The notes beneath the pieces were generated by a model that saw nothing but the letters and a program-made list of their open reading frames with translations, had not been told where the DNA came from and searched no databases. The translations under genes were made by a program, and so were the position numbers. Positions 1-8,414 of a DNA stretch of 64,000 nt are shown here, in pieces. How positions within the stretch are numbered: the stretch's first letter is position 1; every line of letters starts with the position of its first letter. The stretch comes from Candidatus Levyibacteriota bacterium. Lineage in GTDB: Bacteria; Patescibacteriota; Microgenomatia; Levybacterales; UBA12049. Where the stretch lies: the NCBI GenBank assembly GCA_016199085.1, contig JACQHJ010000009.1, positions 41,667 through 105,666 on the forward strand, in the 5' to 3' direction.

Positions 1-149
1 AGGATATGGTAAATCAGGTTTACAGTCGTAGTCTTACCATCCGTACCGGTAACGCCTATAACTTTAAGTCTTCTTGCCGGGAACAAAAACAATATGTTCC
101 AAAAAACGGCAATAAAAAAATGGTAGATATTTTTAATTTTCTGCCACAT
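1..149 (-). CDS. Mur ligase family protein (MurE/MurF-like), N-terminal fragment; gene continues beyond the window start
   Basis: Minus-strand reading from ATG (rc of 147-149) gives [50 protein letters not shown], i.e. the GxTGTxGKTTT P-loop of Mur ligases. AGGAG lies 12 nt upstream. Not in the ORF track because under 60 aa are inside the window. Confidence 0.5.
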   Translation of the reverse strand, partial: [49 protein letters not shown]

Positions 150-202
150 GGGCGTATTATACTCCTTTTTGAAAATGCAAACAGTTAATATATAATGGTT
201 TT

Positions 203-532
203 GTGCTTAAGAACATAACATTAGGAGTCTCAACCGACCTAAAAGTAATCCAATTAAAAAGTCTTTGGGACAAAACTTTCGGAGCAATTAGGTTTAAAGA
301 TAAAATCCTTTCATTTAAAACGCGTTTTGGCATCCATTCTTTTTTTCTAAAAGCTCCTTTGGATGTTGTTATCTTGGATAAAGAGAAAAGAGTTGTAAAA
401 ATAAAAGAAAATCTTTTGCCAAACAGACTGTTTTTTTGGAATCCGAAACATTCCCAGGTTTTGGAACTGCCAAGCGGTTTTATAGAGAAATTGAGATTAA
501 AAGTAGGGCACATAGTTGAATTTACTTTATAG
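203..532 (+). CDS. DUF192 family protein
   Basis: 109 aa; ...FLKAPLDVVILDKEKRVVKI...VLELPSGF matches the conserved PLD-[IV]-x-F-x-D / VLE-x-x-G core of DUF192 (COG1430). Confidence 0.55.
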   Translation: MLKNITLGVSTDLKVIQLKSLWDKTFGAIRFKDKILSFKTRFGIHSFFLKAPLDVVILDKEKRVVKIKENLLPNRLFFWNPKHSQVLELPSGFIEKLRLKVGHIVEFTL

Positions 533-1861
533 TGTTTTAGCTCTGATCTTCTCCCAGAACTCTCCCCTTCTGCAAAGCTTTTTTGAGTCTTTTTTGTCTT
601 GCAAAAGCATTTCTACTGCCCTTTCCAAAAAAAGCGTGTTTTGCGAACCTTTAATAAGCACTATATCTTTTGGTTTAATTTTTTCCAAAATCATTTTTTT
701 ACTTTGGGTAAAGTTTAAAAAGGAATAATTTTCAAACTTGTTTTTTGTAAGAATAGGTTCTATGTATTTTTGAGAAAGAGGTCCGATGAGAATTACAAGA
801 TCAAGAGTCTTTAATATCCTTTTTGCAACCTCCTCATGCAACGCTTTACTCATAGTGCCAAGCTCCCGCATATCACCTATTACTCCAACCCTTCTTCGCT
901 GTTTTCCGATCTCAAAAACAAAGTCCAAAAGATCTAAGATTGGCGTAAGAGTAGCGTTGTTATACGAAGAATCAATCAAAACCGTATCTTTGATTCCTTT
1001 AAAAACAGTCATTCTGCCTGCCGGGAGAGAAAAGTCGCTTTCAAGCGTATCTATAGCATTTTCAACGTTAATTCCTTTTGTTGTGGCTGCAGCAATGGCA
1101 AGAAGAAACGAGTAGGCAAAGTGCTTTGGCAGAGGGTTTCCTATCTCAATTTTGTATTTTTTCCCTTTGTAGATAAATACGACCAGGAATTTGTCTACAA
1201 AATTTTGTATGTTTTCAATATAAAACGCAGCTTGCCTGTGGTTTGCCGAAACAGTAATCCTTACTGCATTTATTTCTCCTTGAAGGTTTTTAATGTTTTC
1301 GTCATCTAAATTTAGGACTGCAAATCCAGTTACTGGTAAAGAGGTAAGCAAAAGTCCTTCCTGTTTAGTCGTAAGATCCAAAAGATCCTTCTCTCTTTGG
1401 CTTTCTGATTTTGCCTCAACCAAAGGATCAAACTGCTGACTATGCTCATAAGAAATATTTGTTAAGACTCCGATATCCGGTTTTATTATTCTTAGAAGAT
1501 AACTCATGTTTTTAGGCTCAAACGGACTGTCGATTCCCATTTCGGCCACATATATGTCAAATTTTCTAAAATCAAATAGAGCATGAAGCGGGGCTAAAAT
1601 AAGCAACCTTAACCAGTCGGAAACAGTATTGGTTTTAACATGCAGACCTAGAATGTCCAAAGGCATTCCCGTCTCGCTGTTTTTTCCTTTACCCTGTTTT
1701 ACCCTGTATTTCTTTTGCAAAATAAGATGAATAAAGTTGGAAAGCGACGTCTTTCCGCTTGCCCCGCCCACTCCAATAACAAAAGGTTTAATTTTTTTAA
1801 GCTGAATTCTTGCCAAAACCCTTAAATATAAGAGAATTAATTTAATAGCTAAACTCTTCAT
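527..1861 (-). CDS. murF: Mur ligase family protein, MurF-like (UDP-MurNAc-tripeptide--D-Ala-D-Ala ligase) lacking the usual N-terminal domain
   Basis: 444 aa; P-loop GVGGASGKTS at residue about 30; DSSYNNATLTP and VIGDMRELG resemble the MurF DDSYNANP and GDMLELG motifs; placed immediately downstream of ftsI in a dcw cluster. Assignment MurF versus MurE is not certain. Confidence 0.6.
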   Translation of the reverse strand: MKSLAIKLILLYLRVLARIQLKKIKPFVIGVGGASGKTSLSNFIHLILQKKYRVKQGKGKNSETGMPLDILGLHVKTNTVSDWLRLLILAPLHALFDFRKFDIYVAEMGIDSPFEPKNMSYLLRIIKPDIGVLTNISYEHSQQFDPLVEAKSESQREKDLLDLTTKQEGLLLTSLPVTGFAVLNLDDENIKNLQGEINAVRITVSANHRQAAFYIENIQNFVDKFLVVFIYKGKKYKIEIGNPLPKHFAYSFLLAIAAATTKGINVENAIDTLESDFSLPAGRMTVFKGIKDTVLIDSSYNNATLTPILDLLDFVFEIGKQRRRVGVIGDMRELGTMSKALHEEVAKRILKTLDLVILIGPLSQKYIEPILTKNKFENYSFLNFTQSKKMILEKIKPKDIVLIKGSQNTLFLERAVEMLLQDKKDSKKLCRRGEFWEKIRAKTL

Positions 1862-1882
1862 TTTTAACCTATGTATTATACC

Positions 1883-3565
1883 TTATTCCCCGCTTGGAGG
1901 AATACCGTAATAGTTAAGCAATGACTTGGCAATATCGAAAAACATTGGAGCCGCCGTTTCCGCTCCATAAATTGAGGTTGTCGGCCTGTTTATAATAACG
2001 ATCATGACAAACTTAGGATCGTTTGAGGGGGCAAACCCGACAAAAGACGCTATAGTCTGATTAGGATCATAATGGCCTGCAATTGGAATAGAAGCCGTAC
2101 CCGTCTTTCCGGCTATTCTGTAGCCCTTTACACGAGCCCAGGAGGCCTCTCCTTTATTAACTGCGTTTACCATGATTTCAGCCATTACCTTGGCGGTTTG
2201 GGCACTGATGGGAGTATCGACAACCTTAGGCTCAATTTTAATAAATTCACCCTCATTTCCTTCAACCGCAGCTACGACATGAGGCTCCATTCTTTTGCCT
2301 TCATTGGCGATTGCGCCTATGGCTGTTAGAAGCTCTATGGGCGTTATGGAAATACCCTGTCCAAAGCCGGTTGTAGCCAAATCTACCTCATACCACTTAT
2401 TTTTTTCCTTAAAAGGAGCAAATACCTCACCTTGGAGGTCAATACCGCTCGTATCGCCTATTCCAAATTTTCCTAAATAGGAAAGCATCCTATCAAGCCC
2501 AAGTTTTTGAGCAACAAAAACCATACCCGTATTGTCTGAATGCTGGATAGTTTCAATCATATTGATGTTTTTTCGATATTTATCGTTCCAAGTATGAATG
2601 TCATAGCCTCCGATTGAGATGGGACCAGAGCAGATATCACACTTTGTTGTTGGAGTAACCAGTTTTGCATCCAAAGCAGAAGACATGATAAGAGGCTTAA
2701 AAGTTGAACCGGGCTCATATAAATCTGAGACAAACGGGTTTTTGTATGTTTCTAGAGGATATTCGAAATAGGTTGTAGGATCAAAAGAAGGGTAGGATGC
2801 CATCGCCAGTATTTGTCCAGTTTTGGGCTCCATAACGCCTATCATGCCTGAACTTGCACTGTATTTTTCTATGCCGGCCTTAAGCTTTTTCTCAACCAGA
2901 AACTGGATAGAACGGTCAACTGACAAGACAATGCTTTTGCCGTCAATTTTGCCGGTTGACTCATCCATTTTAGCAAGTATCGGCCTGCCAAACGCATCTG
3001 TAACAGTTGTTGCAACTCCGCCCTCACCCCTTAAGAGCCTGTCATAAAAACCTTCAAGTCCGAAATATCCCTTGTCATTTCCATCGTTGTCTTTTCCCAC
3101 AAATCCTAAAAGAGTAGCCGCCATTGATCCTTCCGGGTAAAAACGCGTATATTGCTCAGCAAAGCCAACGCCTTGTAAGCCTAGCTTTTCAAGCCTCTGT
3201 TTTGTCTCTGTGTCAACTTTTGACTTAACAGGTACCCAGACCCTATCCAAGGATAAACTCGCGCTGATTGAGGTGACATCAGTGTTTAGAACTGAAGCTA
3301 AAACCTGAGCGGTTGCTTCTTTATTTTTAACCTCTTTGGGATTTGCGTAGACCTGATATGACACTTTATTTGCAGCAATAGGGAAGCCGTCTGAAGTCTG
3401 GATTTCTCCTCTTTTTGGAAGTATTTTTATGGCTGTTCCATATTGGAGATCACCTAAACTTTGTAATTCCTGCGCTTTTACAACCTGCCAGTAAAAAAGC
3501 CTCAAGACAACGAGGAAAAAAGCAAAAACAATAAGCCCCAGGCAGAATTTATATCTCCAATTCAT
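1883..3565 (-). CDS. ftsI: Penicillin-binding protein 2/3 (FtsI-type peptidoglycan transpeptidase)
   Basis: 560 aa; N-terminal TM anchor; SXXK (GSTFKP), SXN (HSDNTG) and KTG (AGKTGTA) transpeptidase motifs; sits in the dcw cluster. Confidence 0.85.
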   Translation of the reverse strand: MNWRYKFCLGLIVFAFFLVVLRLFYWQVVKAQELQSLGDLQYGTAIKILPKRGEIQTSDGFPIAANKVSYQVYANPKEVKNKEATAQVLASVLNTDVTSISASLSLDRVWVPVKSKVDTETKQRLEKLGLQGVGFAEQYTRFYPEGSMAATLLGFVGKDNDGNDKGYFGLEGFYDRLLRGEGGVATTVTDAFGRPILAKMDESTGKIDGKSIVLSVDRSIQFLVEKKLKAGIEKYSASSGMIGVMEPKTGQILAMASYPSFDPTTYFEYPLETYKNPFVSDLYEPGSTFKPLIMSSALDAKLVTPTTKCDICSGPISIGGYDIHTWNDKYRKNINMIETIQHSDNTGMVFVAQKLGLDRMLSYLGKFGIGDTSGIDLQGEVFAPFKEKNKWYEVDLATTGFGQGISITPIELLTAIGAIANEGKRMEPHVVAAVEGNEGEFIKIEPKVVDTPISAQTAKVMAEIMVNAVNKGEASWARVKGYRIAGKTGTASIPIAGHYDPNQTIASFVGFAPSNDPKFVMIVIINRPTTSIYGAETAAPMFFDIAKSLLNYYGIPPSGE

Positions 3566-3843
3566 CTTTTTGCGACTGGCAAACCGGAGTTTATCACAAA
3601 ACTGGTTTTGCTATCTACAAATCCTAAAGTCGAGGCTTTGGAAGCAACATTAGATAAAGATGAACTTTCATAAAGTTTTTGGGCCAAGATCGCATTTTCT
3701 GTCTTTAGAACACTTACTTTTTCTTCAATCAAGGAAAGAGTGACTCCAGAGGTTGCAATATTGTTTGAAACATAGGTTCGAATAACCGAAAGAATCATTA
3801 CGGCGACTATTAAAATTGTGATTAGTAAAACGCTTTTTTTCAT
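3562..3843 (-). CDS. ftsL: FtsL-like cell division protein (single TM plus coiled coil)
   Basis: 93 aa, N-terminal hydrophobic helix followed by a heptad-like region; lies between rsmH and ftsI as ftsL does in dcw clusters; 4-nt overlap with ftsI. Confidence 0.45.
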   Translation of the reverse strand: MKKSVLLITILIVAVMILSVIRTYVSNNIATSGVTLSLIEEKVSVLKTENAILAQKLYESSSLSNVASKASTLGFVDSKTSFVINSGLPVAKR

Positions 3844-3845
3844 GT

Positions 3846-4730
3846 TTAATTTTTTGCAAATACTCTTAACTTTGCACTCTTACTTCTTGAATTTTGTCTC
3901 ATCTCCTCTTTTTCTGGCTCTATTGGTTTTTCCGTAACCGCATTTCCTAAATTTTGTTTTTCAAATTCCTTAAATATGTTTTTTACGATTTTGTCCTCTA
4001 ATGAATGAAAGCTTATTACCGCTATCCTTCCTTTGTTTTCTAAAAGTCTAAGTGCTTGCGGCAGAGCTTTTTCTAAATTGGCAAGCTCGCTGTTTACCGC
4101 AATCCTTAAGGCCTGGAAGACCTTTTGTCCGATCTTGTTTTTATCAAAATCGGAAAGATCCTCCTTATACCCATAAGCTTTTGCAACTACTCCCAAAAGC
4201 TCATTGGTAGTCTGAATCGCCTTTACTCTACGCGCGCTAATAATAGTGCGAGAAATGGCACTTGCATGACTTTCCTGACCCAATCTATTAAATAACTCAT
4301 ATAACTCTCCTTTCCCTAGTACATTGACTAGATATTCTGCTGTAACTTGCGAATCTTGATCCATTCGCATATCCAGCGGCCCATTTTTTAAAAAACTAAA
4401 ACCCCTTTTGGGCGTATCTATCTGATGGGAAGAAACTCCCAGATCAAATAAAACTCCCGAAACCTTTTCAAACCCGTTTAAATGTGCAATTTTCTCAAGA
4501 TTTGAGAAATTCCCTTTAACTAAAACCAGGTTTTTGTTGGTAATGTGTTGGGAAGCAAAGTCGATAGCATCCTGATCAACGTCTATTCCCAAAACCACCC
4601 CTCCCAAGCTTAAAATCCTTTCAGTGTGTCCTCCTCCGCCCAGTGTCGCGTCTATGTATTTTTTCCCTGGTTTTATTTGTAAAAGATCTATTGTTGACTC
4701 TAAAAGGACAGGTTTGTGAAATCTACTCAT
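3846..4730 (-). CDS. rsmH: 16S rRNA (cytosine1402-N4)-methyltransferase RsmH (MraW)
   Basis: 294 aa; N-terminus MSRFHKPVLLESTIDLL...DATLGGGGHT is the characteristic RsmH start; directly follows mraZ. Confidence 0.9.
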   Translation of the reverse strand: MSRFHKPVLLESTIDLLQIKPGKKYIDATLGGGGHTERILSLGGVVLGIDVDQDAIDFASQHITNKNLVLVKGNFSNLEKIAHLNGFEKVSGVLFDLGVSSHQIDTPKRGFSFLKNGPLDMRMDQDSQVTAEYLVNVLGKGELYELFNRLGQESHASAISRTIISARRVKAIQTTNELLGVVAKAYGYKEDLSDFDKNKIGQKVFQALRIAVNSELANLEKALPQALRLLENKGRIAVISFHSLEDKIVKNIFKEFEKQNLGNAVTEKPIEPEKEEMRQNSRSKSAKLRVFAKN

Positions 4731-5169
4731 CTTTTTTCCTACCCTCTTTATCTACAAGTCTTTGAGAAATCGTATCTATGTTTTTCTCCAAATGTAATCT
4801 GTACTCTTCCCATCTTCCTTTATCCCAAATCTCAACGTAACGCGACAAGCCTATGAATACGACTTCGTCTTTAATCTTTCCATAGTCTCTAAGATAAGCT
4901 GGAAGTATAAACCTTCCTTTGTTGTCAAGTTCGATGCTGGAAGCATTGCCAAGTAAGAACCTTTGGGTTTCCCTTGTTTCGGACTGAATAAACGGTCTTC
5001 CTTCAGTACCTTCAAGGAGCGCTTTCCAGTTTTCTTCTGATACAACAATGAGTGAGTTTTCATATCCTAGAGTTACAATTAACTTATCCCCCAAAATAAG
5101 CCTAAATTTTTTAGGAAATGCACTTCTACCTTTGTTATCAATTTTGCCGTCATACTGCCCTATTAACAC
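4723..5169 (-). CDS. mraZ: Transcriptional regulator MraZ
   Basis: 148 aa; MLIGQYDGKIDNKGRSAFP... with the duplicated DxxxR-type MraZ halves; GTG start with GGAG just upstream; first gene of the dcw operon. Confidence 0.85.
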   Translation of the reverse strand: MLIGQYDGKIDNKGRSAFPKKFRLILGDKLIVTLGYENSLIVVSEENWKALLEGTEGRPFIQSETRETQRFLLGNASSIELDNKGRFILPAYLRDYGKIKDEVVFIGLSRYVEIWDKGRWEEYRLHLEKNIDTISQRLVDKEGRKKDE

Positions 5170-5304
5170 TTTCTCCTGCCTTTCTTTATCCCACCTTTTC
5201 CCCTATTTTCCCACTTTTATATCATTTTGGCTTAAGTTTAGATGAGTGTCAATAGGCAAATGATGTGTTTTAGTGTCTATGAAAAACAAAAATCACTATA
5301 TGTA

Positions 5305-5331
5305 GTGAAACTGGTGAAAAGTGTTGTGAAA
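5305..5331 (+). promoter_or_regulatory. Three direct GTGAAA repeats (spacing 9 and 12 bp) in the mraZ upstream region; candidate MraZ operator
   Basis: gtgaaa at 5305-5310, 5314-5319 and 5326-5331 (TTTCAC on the mraZ strand), about 140-160 bp upstream of the mraZ start; MraZ proteins bind arrays of short direct repeats upstream of their own promoter. Confidence 0.25.
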
Positions 5332-5336
5332 AGAGG

Positions 5337-5810
5337 TTAGATACTGTCTAGGGTAGCACTTGACTGGAAAACGCTGCCGTCATCTTTGGTTACTTTTAAT
5401 ATAACCTTTATGCCTGAGACATCTTTATCGTAGTGACAGACGTCAGAACACGTACCCAAAGTGACTTCTTTTGTAGCAGGAGACTCTGAGACGTCAATCT
5501 GCCCTATTGCTCCTCTTGGAAGATCTCCGGCCAGATACGAAAGCTCATATTCAATGGCTGAAATACCCTGGGTATTGGCAACGCTGACTATAACCGTCTG
5601 GCCTTTGGGACCTGCTTCAAGAGTTAGGCCTAATTCTTCAGGCAAGATGGTTGGAATGGGTATTTCTGTAGGAAGAATATTGGTGTTTACGTTTTGGCCT
5701 ATTTGATTTCCGTTTCTGAAAAAGACAAAGGCTGAAAGAAGAACAACTAAGGCAACGACAACTATACCTGCAATCTGAACTTTTCTATTTTTTAATAAAT
5801 CCGGATTCAT
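5337..5810 (-). CDS. Hypothetical membrane-anchored protein (N-terminal TM helix, extracytoplasmic domain)
   Basis: 157 aa ORF with one hydrophobic helix (IAGIVVVALVVLLSAFVFF); no motif recognised. Confidence 0.4.
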   Translation of the reverse strand: MNPDLLKNRKVQIAGIVVVALVVLLSAFVFFRNGNQIGQNVNTNILPTEIPIPTILPEELGLTLEAGPKGQTVIVSVANTQGISAIEYELSYLAGDLPRGAIGQIDVSESPATKEVTLGTCSDVCHYDKDVSGIKVILKVTKDDGSVFQSSATLDSI

Positions 5811-5838
5811 TGACTATATAGAGCATAAACAAAACTTT

Positions 5839-5872
5839 TTTGTCTGTCAATATTAGAAATTGTCTGGTATAA
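5839..5872 (+). promoter_or_regulatory. Candidate sigma70-type promoter with extended -10 (TGgTATAAT) upstream of the gmk-like gene
   Basis: TGGTATAAT at 5864-5872, weak -35-like TGTCAA at 5844-5849 (17-bp spacer); the ATG of the downstream gene is at 5891. Confidence 0.35.
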
Positions 5873-5890
5873 TTTTAACATCCCAAGAAT

Positions 5891-6556
5891 ATGACTGAAC
5901 AAAAACCTTCAGTGGAGATTAACGTTGTAAGCCCGGGCCTTCTGGTAATTCTAACCGGACCTACTGCTGCGGGAAAAACAGAGATCAGAGAAAGAATGGT
6001 TGGAAAACACAGGAAACTAAAAAGCTTAGTCACGACTACTTCACGGCCAAAAAGACCAAGCGAAACCGATGGAATCGACTATCATTTTATTGATCCCGAG
6101 CATTTTCTACAAAGAGTTGAACTTGGGCATTTTTTGGAATATGCAGAATACGGAGGAAATCTCTACGGAACAACCAAAGACGAGCTTGAGAGAGTGTTAA
6201 GAGGCGAAGTCTTAATGTCTACCATGGAAATATCAGGAGCAGCCAGATTCGAAGAACACGTAAGGGAGGCGTATGACGCCCAAACCGCAGAACAAATACT
6301 TTCAAGATCAATTACTGTCTATATTGACCCAGGCTCAGAAGAAACACAAAGATACCGCTTCATCCATAGAGAAGCTGGACTTGGCAACTTTGAGACAAGA
6401 TTGCTGCAGGATAGAAGCATGCTGAAAGACTTTGGAGATAAATTTAAGCATAAAGTACTAAATCCTGACCAGGAACATATTGACAAGGCTATTGAAGGGG
6501 TAGAGAAATTATTAGAAGGCGTACTTCAAGTTCAAATTGGCAATCTATTCAGCTGA
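5891..6556 (+). CDS. gmk: Guanylate kinase-like P-loop kinase
   Basis: 221 aa; GPTAAGKT P-loop, TTTSRPKRPSETDGIDYHFI (the TTR-x-R-x-GE-x-DG-x-DY-x-F motif of guanylate kinases) and EYAEYGGNLYGT; the C-terminal third diverges from the canonical Gmk lid/tail. Confidence 0.65.
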   Translation: MTEQKPSVEINVVSPGLLVILTGPTAAGKTEIRERMVGKHRKLKSLVTTTSRPKRPSETDGIDYHFIDPEHFLQRVELGHFLEYAEYGGNLYGTTKDELERVLRGEVLMSTMEISGAARFEEHVREAYDAQTAEQILSRSITVYIDPGSEETQRYRFIHREAGLGNFETRLLQDRSMLKDFGDKFKHKVLNPDQEHIDKAIEGVEKLLEGVLQVQIGNLFS

Positions 6557-7832
6557 TTTTAGATAGAATGTAATCCTTAAGTTTATCAATCTTTATCCTC
6601 TCCTGTTTTGCGCTGTCTCTATCTCTAACTGTTACCGTATCGTCTTCCATTGTCTGGAAATCAACCGTAATACAAAACGGAGTTCCAGCTTCATCCTGTG
6701 CAAAGTATCTTTTTCCAATGTTTCCTCTTGCGTCCCATGCCGTCATAAAATGGGGTTTTAGACTGTCATAAATCCCCTTTGCCTTATTAACGAGCTCTGG
6801 CTTATTGGCAAGAAGCGGAAATACGGCTGTTTTGTAAGGAGCAAGCTTTGGGTGGAGTTTTAAAAACACCCTTCCATTATCCTCTGCGTATGCATTTAGA
6901 AGGAAAAATAAAGCTGATCTGTCTACCCCGCCTGAGGCTTCTATTGTCCAGGGAGTAAACTTTTCCCCATTTTCATCTACGTATGAAAGACTGTGTCTTG
7001 ATAGATCCCAGTCGCCTCTATGGTGAATCCCTTCAAACTCAGACCAGCCAAACGGAGCATTGTATTCAATGTCTTCTGCATATTTGGCATAGTGGGCGCG
7101 TTCACTTTCCTCGTGTTTTCTAAAGCGAAGATTTTTTGCATCCATTCCCAAAGAGATATACCAATCCATTCTTCGAACTTTCCAGTATTCAAACCATTTA
7201 TCCCCTTCTTTATCATCAGGTTTTATAAAAAACTCCAGCTCCATCTGTTCAAATTCCCTGCTTCTATAAGTAAAGTTACCGGGCGTTATTTCATTTCTGA
7301 AGGCTTTACCGATCTGGGCTATACCAAAAGGAATCTTTACTCTTGTAGAAGAAACGACGTTTTCAAAGTTTACAAAAGCACCCTGGGTTATTTCTCCTCT
7401 TAAATATATCTCCGATTGTTTTCCCTCGACAATTCCAAGATAGGCTTTGACTAAAAGATTGAATTTCTTGGGAGGTGTCCACTGTGTTTTTCCTTTGTGG
7501 GTTTTTTCATGAGCTTTTATCTCATCTTCCTTATCTGCCCTAAATCTCTGATGACAAGTCTTGCATTCAACCAATGGATCTGTAAAAGCGTCTACGTGAC
7601 CTGATTTTTGCCAAGTAACAGGATTCATCATGATAGCGGCGTCAATGCCGACAACGTCATCTCGAAAGCCAACCATTGATTTCCACCACTCCTCCTTTAT
7701 ATTTCTTTTCAGCAAAACTCCAAGGGGGCCGTAGTCCCAGGTTCCCGCAAGTCCTCCGTAAATTTCGCTTCCTGGGAAAATAAAGCCTCGCCTTTTACAC
7801 AAAGCGACAATTTTATCCATTAAGTTATCCAT
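6549..7832 (-). CDS. glyQS: Glycine--tRNA ligase (class II, alpha2 dimeric type)
   Basis: 427 aa; N-terminus MDKIVALCKRRGFIFPGSEIYGGLAGTWDYGPLG is the hallmark GlyQS start; class II aaRS motifs downstream. Confidence 0.9.
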   Translation of the reverse strand: MDNLMDKIVALCKRRGFIFPGSEIYGGLAGTWDYGPLGVLLKRNIKEEWWKSMVGFRDDVVGIDAAIMMNPVTWQKSGHVDAFTDPLVECKTCHQRFRADKEDEIKAHEKTHKGKTQWTPPKKFNLLVKAYLGIVEGKQSEIYLRGEITQGAFVNFENVVSSTRVKIPFGIAQIGKAFRNEITPGNFTYRSREFEQMELEFFIKPDDKEGDKWFEYWKVRRMDWYISLGMDAKNLRFRKHEESERAHYAKYAEDIEYNAPFGWSEFEGIHHRGDWDLSRHSLSYVDENGEKFTPWTIEASGGVDRSALFFLLNAYAEDNGRVFLKLHPKLAPYKTAVFPLLANKPELVNKAKGIYDSLKPHFMTAWDARGNIGKRYFAQDEAGTPFCITVDFQTMEDDTVTVRDRDSAKQERIKIDKLKDYILSKIS

Positions 7833-7871
7833 CAGCCTTATAATATCAAAAAAACAGTAGAGTTAAAACAG

Positions 7872-8411
7872 TCAAGAAAACTGGTAGAGAATTGGCCTTG
7901 TCTTTAACTTTCTTTCCAAAATCTCTTCTATAAGCACTTTTGTGTTTACGGCAACGTTTGGTGAATGTCTGTAAAAACCTAAGAGTTTTAGTATTTCAAT
8001 CTCAAACTCATAGATTACATCAGAAAGCTTTGGTGCATCCGAAAGTTTTTGTAAGGTACTTTTTAAAAGTTCGAATACTTCTTTGTTTTCCTCGTTTTCA
8101 GCGCAAAGTCCGTCAACCAATTCACAGATATGGAATGCGCTTCCGATTCTTTTAAGGTCTTTTTTTAAAAGGGGAAAGTTTTCCGTTGATTCAACTTCTG
8201 TAAGAAGGGGCATTGACCTTCCCTGATGGAGATTGAAAAATCCGTGATTTAAAAGCTCTATGTGCCCCGAGCGTCTGCTGGCAATTTTTCTTACGCCTTT
8301 TGCTTTTATTTGGAGTTTTCCCGCTGTTTTTGAAAAAACTGTTATGATTCTGTCGGCCTCACCGACATTTCTTCTTTTAATAACTATTCCCTCTACTTTA
8401 AAGGCTTTCAT
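7872..8411 (-). CDS. recO: DNA repair protein RecO (short form, N-terminal OB-fold region only)
   Basis: 179 aa; KVEGIVIKRRNVGEADRIITVFSKTAGKLQIKAKGVRK matches the RecO N-terminal domain; the usual C-terminal helical/zinc domain is absent (about 240 aa expected). Confidence 0.6.
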   Translation of the reverse strand: MKAFKVEGIVIKRRNVGEADRIITVFSKTAGKLQIKAKGVRKIASRRSGHIELLNHGFFNLHQGRSMPLLTEVESTENFPLLKKDLKRIGSAFHICELVDGLCAENEENKEVFELLKSTLQKLSDAPKLSDVIYEFEIEILKLLGFYRHSPNVAVNTKVLIEEILERKLKTRPILYQFS

Positions 8412-8414
8412 GTT

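Noticed and set aside
6-188. Plus-strand 60-aa ORF from the six-frame track
   Set aside because: The opposite strand across the same bases encodes a textbook Mur ligase P-loop ([11 protein letters not shown]) preceded by AGGAG and an ATG, and the plus-strand peptide has no features. The minus-strand gene was called instead.
157-513. Minus-strand 118-aa ORF overlapping the DUF192 gene
   Set aside because: It is antisense to an ORF with a recognisable DUF192 core and its peptide is low-complexity, so it is most likely a shadow ORF.
7020-7403. Antisense ORFs inside well-supported genes (e.g. 7020..7403 in glyQS, 15079..15513 in a GT4, 20255..20806 in the ligase fusion, 2072..2480 in ftsI, 26142..26594 in the 25640 gene, 61324..61662 in a GT4)
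   Set aside because: Each lies entirely within a longer ORF on the other strand that has clear family motifs. They are AT-rich-genome shadow ORFs with no motifs of their own.
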